Made by a program: the position numbers and the translations under genes
The notes under the pieces: generated by a model
What the model was told of the DNA's origin: nothing
Databases searched by the model: none
The model's input: only the letters and a program-made list of their open reading frames with translations
DNA from: Eledone cirrhosa
Taxonomy: Eukaryota
Assembly: GCA_964016885.1 (NCBI GenBank)
Contig: CAXHJY010000765.1
Span: forward strand, 1-64,000
DNA: 64,000 bases
Direction of reading: 5' to 3'
In this document: positions 55,265-64,000 of the stretch, in pieces
How positions within the stretch are numbered: the first letter of the stretch is position 1
Layout of the letters: each line of letters starts with the position of its first letter

Positions 55265-56499
55265 TGTATGTGTGGTGTGTATGTGTTTGCATACGTGTTT
55301 GTGTGAGTGTGGGTGTGTGTAAATATATACGTTAAATCTCGTGATAAGTTGTTGAAAGTGTAGGACAGTAAAAGCTTCAATTAAATTCCACAGAACATTA
55401 CAGATACAACTGAATCAAAATGATGTAGACAAAATGAGTCACACTATGTATTTATATGAATAAGTTTCTAGTCAATTATAACCATTGGCTCGTCTCCATA
55501 GAGGAGAAATATTTCATTTGAAATTAATGACACGGATTTTGAAGGAACTGCTGAGTTGTATTTTACAAAAGGAGAGAAAATGACGGAAACAACGTCTTGA
55601 TTTCAGAGTGCTGTGTACGTCTCACAATACAGACAGTGTGATAAATCACTAAGGAAGCGATTTACATTCATGCTTCTACATATCGAGGCCGATCAATCAA
55701 TCATGGACACACTCACACACATTATATATATATATATATATTGTCATACTCGAGGAAGGTCATATTGTTATGATATTGCCAGAATAATGGTTTCTACTTT
55801 TGGCACAAGGCCACAATTAACCAGTGTATTACTGGTACAATAATAACAGAACACTCACTGTTTGGTTTGTGTTGGTTTTCGCTTCTGTATCTTTTATATC
55901 TCCATAGTTAATTTATCTGGCAATCAATGTTTATCATTAATTGACCAACGATATGTATGCATATATATATATATATATATATACATACACATGTGCCCAT
56001 AAGCATAGCATGAACGATCATATTTAAGGGGCTAGTTGGTAAATCTGAAGATGATTGCACTATTTGGTGTGTGGCGCAGGGAAAGGTGCCATAAAGCATA
56101 TGAATTATAAATTAGTCGAATAGGCAGGGTAAATTATCTCTGTAAATGGAAATTGTGGACAGATACGTAACTCTTTCAGCTCTGTATTTCGTGCGCCATA
56201 GATAGATAATGGTTGGAAATTCTTAGCTTTGAGGCTCTATCAAATTCAATAGTGATCGTATCAACGACAATGGTATACAGATTGGCGATTGCATAGAAGC
56301 AGGTAATCCAACTCCACATTTTCACTTTTGTGAGCATGAATGACCAAGAAAATCTGTACATAATCTCTCAGCCTGTTACATATACTTCAAATCGCACCTC
56401 TTAAAATAATATAGTTCCAGTCGCACAAATATTTATATAACATTGTCATGGCTAGATCGTCGTTTATCAACGCTCTTGGTCGTAGTTGATTAGATTTTA

Positions 56500-56714
56500 A
56501 TAAACAATAACAGAAATGAATCAATATCTGGCATATTGGGTACATATGCCAGATATGAACACTAACAGAAATGAATCAATATCTGGCATATTGGGTACAT
56601 ATGCCAGATATGAACACTAACAGAAATGAATCAATATCTGGCATATTGGGTACATATGCCAGATATAAACAATAACGGAAATGAATCAATATCTGGCATA
56701 TTGGGGGTACATAT
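56500..56714. repeat. 55-bp tandem repeat (~3.8 copies); complete units contain a 13-bp hairpin
   Basis: Unit starts at 56508, 56563, 56618 and 56673; atatctggcatat-tgggtac-atatgccagatat. Confidence 0.95.
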
Positions 56715-56877
56715 TTGTTTTGAACAGATAACAAACGTTGATGATATATGAGTTTCCGAAACTTTTGACAGGAGGTTATCTGACAGACGATTCATTCAGC
56801 CAGCTGCGAGTTTCAATTGTTAGAAATTATGGGATTATGGGAAAATGGGGAATTGTCATTTCTTCCAATCATATATA

Positions 56878-56940
56878 TACAGAGGTTGGACAAAATAATG
56901 GAAACACCTAGCATCATAGCATCATAATTTTGAAATATAT
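56878..56940 (+). mobile_element. Solo Tc1-like terminal inverted repeat
   Basis: TA-cagaggttggacaaaataatggaaacacc resembles Tc1-family ends; no partner TIR seen. Confidence 0.5.
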
Positions 56941-57054
56941 ATATCATAGATCAATACTTGAGTATTAATACAAACACTGTGCATGCAAGGTCACCTCAGC
57001 AATTACGGCATTACATTTCTATTTTCATAAACAAATGCCGTTATTTCCACAGAC

Positions 57055-57226
57055 ATTATCATTCGGACGCCATGCTTTGACGCATAGAGTTACGGCCCTT
57101 GCCATTCTGAGTTCAAATCCCGCCGAGGTTAACTTTGCCTTTCATCCTTACGGGGTCGATAAAATAAAGTACCAGTAATGCACTGGGTATTTGCTGGCCT
57201 TGTGCCTAAAGTAGAAACAATTATCA
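57055..57226 (+). mobile_element. tRNA-derived SINE remnant
   Basis: gagttcaaatcc (B-box-like) followed by gaggttaactttgcctttcatccttacggggtcgataaaataaagtaccag. Confidence 0.78.
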
Positions 57227-57697
57227 TTACACAGAGCAAGCTACACTTCCATTTACAAACTCTCAGACACGCATATGCGCGCATATGTTTACAATATTCA
57301 TTTATATAAGTCAATAGTCGGAAAATATCTGATTTCAAACATATTTCGCTATGTCAGGCTTAGCTAGAGATAGTATGCAAATGTTTTATATTCCAATGTT
57401 CAAAATTTACCATATGTTTCAAATTCCTTAAAGAAGGGGGCATTAACATCTGTCAATTTAAAGCCATACGTTCAAGACATATCGTTAAATAGTGGCAAAT
57501 TAATCAGCAGAGCACAGACTTGTTACTGCTGCGTGAACATATCATGTTGAATATATAAGAGCTAACGCACTTCACTTGATGTGAGTTGGCATATTATATG
57601 TAGAATCTTAAGTTTTCGTCTTTATCTCCCGGTGATTCTTCCTGAATAATAATAACATTTGTTGAATGTTCATTATTTGACATATCCACAACCTCAT

Positions 57698-57735
<38 letters not shown>

Positions 57736-60700
57736 AGAGGAATTTAGTTACTGTACACAAGCGCACGTGCCTGTATATAATATGAAAGTATTAACAACTA
57801 AAAAAGGTGAATTCTTATACGAAGGGATAGAAATAACAGAATGCCTGGTAAATAATATTGGGTGCTATGTCAATTAAGTTATAAGCTATATACATACCTA
57901 TGCCATCGGTCCACAGACTTGACCGTCACTAATAGATATTCTTCAACCTGTGACTCACACATGTGTTCTCTCTATACTGTGTTTTCTATCACTACTACAA
58001 TGCTTGCTGCTGCTTGCTACTAGCTGGTCTCATCCCCATGTATCCTATCTAACCCCATAAACACTCTAATAACGCATATTTCCAGTTGTTTCTGCTCAAG
58101 TCGTGCGCCCTTTCTAACTCCCTATATAGCCATTCCATTCCTATGGGCAACAATACTTCTATTGCAATACTTGAAACGCAACATCAACGACATCAATAAT
58201 ACCGATCTTGTAGTGCCCGCGAAGACCATTGGAACACTGCAACTCCATTCAGATCTAGTGCATATGAGAGAAAAGAAGATCTCTAAAGCAAGAGGAACGA
58301 CATTCTTATCGGGTGAATTGTAAAAAATGAAAAGTGACATTTTGAAGCTATTGGTCATACGCAAATACGTCGTGGATCTCGAAAGATCATTCTGTCAATT
58401 ATATTGAGATCCTTTGCATGTGAAACAGCTGGAAGATTATCTTTCACCTCCAAATTTAATCAATCCTTAGTTTTGCATCCATTTTTTCACCAGGTTCTCT
58501 ATACATTCGTCTTTATTACTGCTGCAGATAACGATAGGATTCAATTCTATACTGACAGAAATTGTTATTTCTGACATCTTAAGAAGATTCCATTTTGTGC
58601 AGAGAGCATTAAAATTGGTGGTTGAATATAATTAAATTTTCATGGTATTATGATGATAATAATAATTATATATATATATATATATGTGTGTGTATTGTGC
58701 GTGCGGGTTTGTGTATTTGCGTGTGTACATACATTGTTATTTGAGTTCGAGCGGATGATCTGCATTGAGTGTGAGGTAGAACTATGTGTTATCCATCATT
58801 ATACTTGACTTAAACTGTAATTTCTATCTGATATCGTTTTCTGGAGATGAGTTGTAGACTGGTAAAGGGTGGATAATGTTATTCTTTAATACAGAAAGCA
58901 GATTCGAAGAGCATCTATAAAGGAATGCTTTATAAACACGATCAGCACTTGGCAAATAATATAATCTAAGGTATACGTTCAATACTGGCGAAGTATCAAT
59001 TAAAATAACATTTCATTCCATTTCATATCAAACTCTACTATTTCTACAGAAGGAATTTCATTACTGGGCTAATTCGATCACACTGGTCTGCAACGAAATT
59101 ACTTTGAAGATCGAACCAGTTCATCTTTACTAATTTATGGGCGCTGAATTAAAAAAATGAAAATCCTTTTATTAAGTTTAGGTCATGTTTTTGAGATTTA
59201 GGTCAAAGGTGGCTTTTCCGTTTTTTATGAGGAGTAATTATTCATCCTGTAATTTACCTGTTCGACAAATGACGATTGACAATAATTACACTTGGAAAAG
59301 CAAGTCCTATGTACGATATTATCGTTTAAACTACTTGTAGGTGACTCTTCCCAAATGACAGAAACCAGTTAAAGATAAAGTTAGAAGATATGGCTGAATT
59401 CGGATTACAGTTACAAAATCGTAACGAAATCAAAAATACTATTAGGATTTAAAGTTATATTTAAATATATAAAGAGCTATATTTACCTGCAAGTTCATTA
59501 ATTTAAGAAATAACTTTGAGAAAGCAATATCTGCAACGGAGAATTACCTTTAAGTCAAATTTGCTATAGGACCTAGTCGATAAGTGAAGGAATAGATGTT
59601 TTTTTTATTTTCAATGAAAATAATATATTTAACAGAGTTTCATTGACCGTCATTATTAAAGTGTAAAAGTATGAATGAAATAAACACATCACGATGCCAT
59701 TTTAATACAAATCTTTTGTTAAGACTAAATATTATTGTCATATTTTGATAAACCTCATCAAGATTCACACTTATCAAAATCTAGGAGTCGTATTAGAGTC
59801 GTAAGAGAGTCGTAAGAGAGTCGTAGGAGAAAATGCCCTAGCCATAGAAGAGTCATTGCGATATTTGTAATGACTAAACAGCTCTCAATTTAAATCTCGT
59901 CGGTGTTGACTTTCTCTTTCATCTTTTAGTGATCGATAACATAAAAACATACGTCTAGGATTGTGGATTGTCGGAATTGTTCTATTATCTGATTATGTCT
60001 TACAATATTTCTTGCAGCCCATGGCTTATGTTTTCAAATCCAGCTGTGGTTATTTGTGGGATAGATGTAATCTCTTCCGCACTTTAACACAACAGGCTGT
60101 GTCTTGGGTGCCTTTGTGAACAGAGCCTCCTCAGTTGCATGTGTTTAGTAAGGTCACCGGTTTAAAGATTCCTTCCTATCTCCCTCTCCGCCACTAGTCT
60201 TTGAGGGCGTATAAAGAGTCAGAGACTGACGAAACAATGAAAGACGGAACACTTTAGAATTAGTGGTAAAATATCGACAACTAATGTAATTATAATGTTA
60301 CATGTCTACTGTAAGGGTTACTATATTCGCTGTTTTTACTAAGAACTGGGCAAGATTCAATGAATCTTCATTGACAGAAAAAAGATAAGGTAAAACCAGA
60401 TTTTCGAATCGATGCACACCACAAATGGATTTCTAAATTAAAGAAAAGCAATACAGAACATAGAATTGAAAGTGGTCACTGGCATAGTTTTCAAATAGTA
60501 CTTCTTACTTAAATTACGACATTGCGTTTTTGTGTTATTGGAAATATCGAATAATAAATCGATAATGGCAGCTGTAGCATTCACTGGTTTATAAAAGCCC
60601 TGACATTACATTCGTTCAATATTATCAGAGTAGAAAAAAAGAAAATCGTTAATAAAAGCATCATATAAACCGGACATTGTCTGACTGCTAACAGCGGATG

Positions 60701-61114
60701 GATAGCTTTTAAGAAAGTAATGAGTGCTACATATAGCAGCTAGGTAACGCATCAACATATCTTAGTTTCATCAATATTTCACACCATTTTTCAACATTTA
60801 ATTAATGAATCTAACATCCTCTACAACTTGCTTTTGCTGATATATTTCTAGTATATTTATGACCAGCAAGTTATTGGGATTTAGTATTATCTGTCAAATA
60901 ATGTTATATGTATGCACATGTATATTTAATGAAATATTTCGATTTAAATAACAAGGGTATAGAAGAGTGCAATACATCGGTTGTAATACAGAATACAGCA
61001 TATAGAAGCAGAGCAACTGGAATATTCGAACATTATAACAAACACCTTGAAATGTCTTCCAAGTTTTCAATTGGACTTGCCATTTCATGTAAAAATACTC
61101 CTTTGTGAAAGTGT

Positions 61115-61575
61115 AGAGAGTGGGGGAGAGTTAGAGAGAGCAAAAGAGAGTAAGAGAGAGGAAAAGAGAGAATGAGAGAGAGTGGGGGGAAGAGAGAGGG
61201 TGAGAAAGAGTGAGGGGAAGAGAGAGGGCGGGGGGAAGAGAGAGGGTGAGAGAGAGCGAGAGAGGGTGAGAGAGAGCGAGAGGGGGTGAGAAAGTGAGTG
61301 AGAGAGAGAGGGGGTGAGAGAGAGAGTAAGAGAGCGAGAGTGAGAGAGTGAGAGAGAGAGAGAGAGTGAGAGAGAGAGGGTGAGAGAGCGAGAGTGAGAG
61401 TAAGAGAGAGAGAAGGTGAGAGAGAGAGAAGGTGAGAGAGTGAGAGAGAGTGAGAGAGAGGGTGAGAGAGAGAGAGTGAGAAGGCGAGTGAGAAGGCGAG
61501 AGACCGAGAGAGAGTGGGTGAGAGAGAAGAAGGGCGAGACAGAGAAAGGAAAAGGGGGTGAGAGAAAAAGTGAAG
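61115..61575. repeat. GA-rich low-complexity/microsatellite tract
   Basis: Visible polypurine repeat. Confidence 0.95.
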
Positions 61576-62273
61576 AGTTACGCCTGAATGAAGTTGCCAT
61601 ACTGACTCGCGTATTATATCCAATTCTATTGATATGTATTTTTCTATCAGTGGACAACTAAATGTTGAAAACTTTGACCTGTTATTGAAAACAACCGTCT
61701 AAATATGGTTCGTGTTACAAGAAATAATACATATTCCGATTTTAAGATTATATAATATAATATTTAATTTGTGAAATTGAATGCGATACACAGTAGCCCC
61801 GTTGTGCTTTTGTATTTCTGTATTTCTCTAAATTGCGCTTTCATTAAAATGTTTTCCATTAAAATACTATAAATCTTGTTTATTGTAGTAGGATTATAGG
61901 AATTGTTTGTTTTAACTGAGTTGCATATATTATCTGCAAAACTTTATTAGCTTCTTGGCTTGATGGAGAAATTAGATTTTATAAATGTGCTGCATCATCA
62001 AAGTAATGTAACGAAAATCTAATCATATTCTTCACTGTAGACTACTTCTACTACTGTTATTTTATGAAGGTCTCCTCTCAACGAAACCTAGATCTACTTG
62101 ATTTGAGGAGTTTATTACTACACACAATTAATTATCTTTTTACATCACTATGACATTACTTATTATGCAATAGATCCATACAACACCCTCTGTCTTTGTT
62201 TCTCTCTCTCTCTCACTCAATATATATATATATATGTGTGTGAGTGCGAGTGTGTGTGTAAATATACATATGC

Positions 62274-62308
<35 letters not shown>

Positions 62309-62394
62309 TACAGTCGATTGACTTTCGTCAAATCGGACCGAGGAAACAATGTTTCCATTGGTCTTTCCAATTGCTAATACTATCTATCGGTCGC

Positions 62395-62650
<256 letters not shown>

Positions 62651-63195
62651 AATATTACATTATACGAAAGTGAACGGTAGTGACGCCGGATATTGAAATC
62701 TTAGAGAAACACACGGTTACTCTATTGTATTTAATTCCCATATGGATAAGGGGATTATGGTGAACATACATCTGAAATATACATTTTAATATCATTATTC
62801 AACGTTATTAAGCTAACGTAGCTGAATTACATGTGGGAACCGGAAAATAGTGCATGGAAATCTTAAAGCTGAGTATTCAATCTAGAGAAAGATGAAACTT
62901 AGTTGTGGAATAATTGCATTTAAATTCATGAATAACATTCATGTTTATTTGGGGAAGTCAAGAAACTATAAGGTAGATAATCTGCTAATGTGTATGTACA
63001 TAAGACGTTAGCTATGGAACGAAATAGATGGCATAATCATTTGCTTCTTTTGTATGATATTTGACTGATGAACTATAGGGTGGAGTCTAACATATAGTCT
63101 ACTATAACGAGCTCCACATCGGCAATCGGACCTATATTTGCATTGAGTGTTAACACTGGTGACCAATAGTAACTAAACGTTACACACCAACAAAC

Positions 63196-63196
<1 letters not shown>

Positions 63197-63234
<38 letters not shown>

Positions 63235-63414
63235 TGAGACCGAGAGAGAGAGAGAGAAAGAGACCAAGAGAGAGAGAGAGAAATAGATATAGATAGAGAG
63301 AGAGTGAGACCGAGAGAGAAAGAGAGAGAGAGAGAGACAGAGACAGAGAAAGAGAGAGAGAGAAAGAGACAGAGACAGAGAGAGAGAGACCGAGAGAGAG
63401 AGAGAGAGAGAGAG

Positions 63415-63469
<55 letters not shown>

Positions 63470-63470
63470 A
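63197..63470. repeat. (GA)n microsatellite
   Basis: Visible repeat. Confidence 0.97.
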
Positions 63471-63519
63471 AAATAGATAGATATAGGTATATATGTGTGG
63501 ATGGCACAAAATATTGATG

Positions 63520-63636
63520 ATCAAAGTACCAGGCTTGAAGAAAATTGATACTGGGTTTAATATGATCTACTCAACCCCTTTCATGCTGTGTCTCAGCATG
63601 ACAGCAGTCTAATGGCTGAAACCAGTAAAAGAATAA
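63520..63636 (+). mobile_element. SINE 3' portion with a LINE-like tail
   Basis: cagcatgacagcagtctaatggctgaaaccagtaaaagaataa matches the LINE 3' end at 46869-46910. Confidence 0.65.
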
Positions 63637-64000
63637 TCTAAATTATAAAAGAATCTGTCGGCATGGCGCGAATTTATTTACATCGGCAGGCGCCATTTGT
63701 AAAATGAAGACCGCACAGGAACCATACGGAACGCCTACTACTGTATCTGAAACATTCTGAATGGGGAGAGTGAGAGGGGGAGAGGGGGTGATAGAGAGGG
63801 ATGGGGAGAGAGATGGAGGGGAGAGAGATGGAGGGGAGAGAGATGGAGGGGGTGGAGAGAGAGAGGGAGGTGAGAGATATAAAATATTAGCATGGGTTGC
63901 ATATATAAGTATACAAAGGTGGTCAGTGCATAGGTGGAAAATGAAAAGAAAGTGATTTGAATGAGCACACACACACATATATGTATATATATATATCTAA

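Noticed and set aside
56500-56714. CRISPR array
   Set aside because: Spacers are near-identical, there are no cas genes and the context is eukaryotic; a simple minisatellite

Overview
AT-rich eukaryotic, non-coding DNA. The SINE, LINE and (TA)n content suggests a cephalopod (octopus-like) genome; this is inference only. No intact host protein-coding gene can be supported. About 17 kb is compound (TA)n/(TATACA)n microsatellite, and all long Y/I/H/C-rich ORFs are artefacts of it. Recognisable mobile DNA: a decayed CR1-group LINE (43.5-46.9 kb), an internally deleted mariner with TIRs (9.28-10.13 kb), Penelope-like element (PLE) RT and GIY-YIG fragments (14.5 and 24.0 kb), two copies of a bipartite non-autonomous RTE-like element (15.5 and 41.1 kb) and many tRNA-derived SINEs. 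The strongest signal is at least six unrelated families of short non-coding elements embedded in (TA)n tracts. Each carries a type I hammerhead ribozyme (HHR) motif, complete or partial, and most form fold-back inverted repeats (PLE pLTR/retrozyme-like). They include unusual HHR variants: a U3:A8 compensated core with covarying stems, U10.1-U11.1 stem II closure, a ~90-nt stem II, and palindromes that pivot inside HHR stem II. Also present are a duplicated non-coding block with a perfectly conserved TALE/Hox/Otx-like motif cluster and a 55-bp hairpin tandem repeat. All structures were read by eye; no folding or database search was run.
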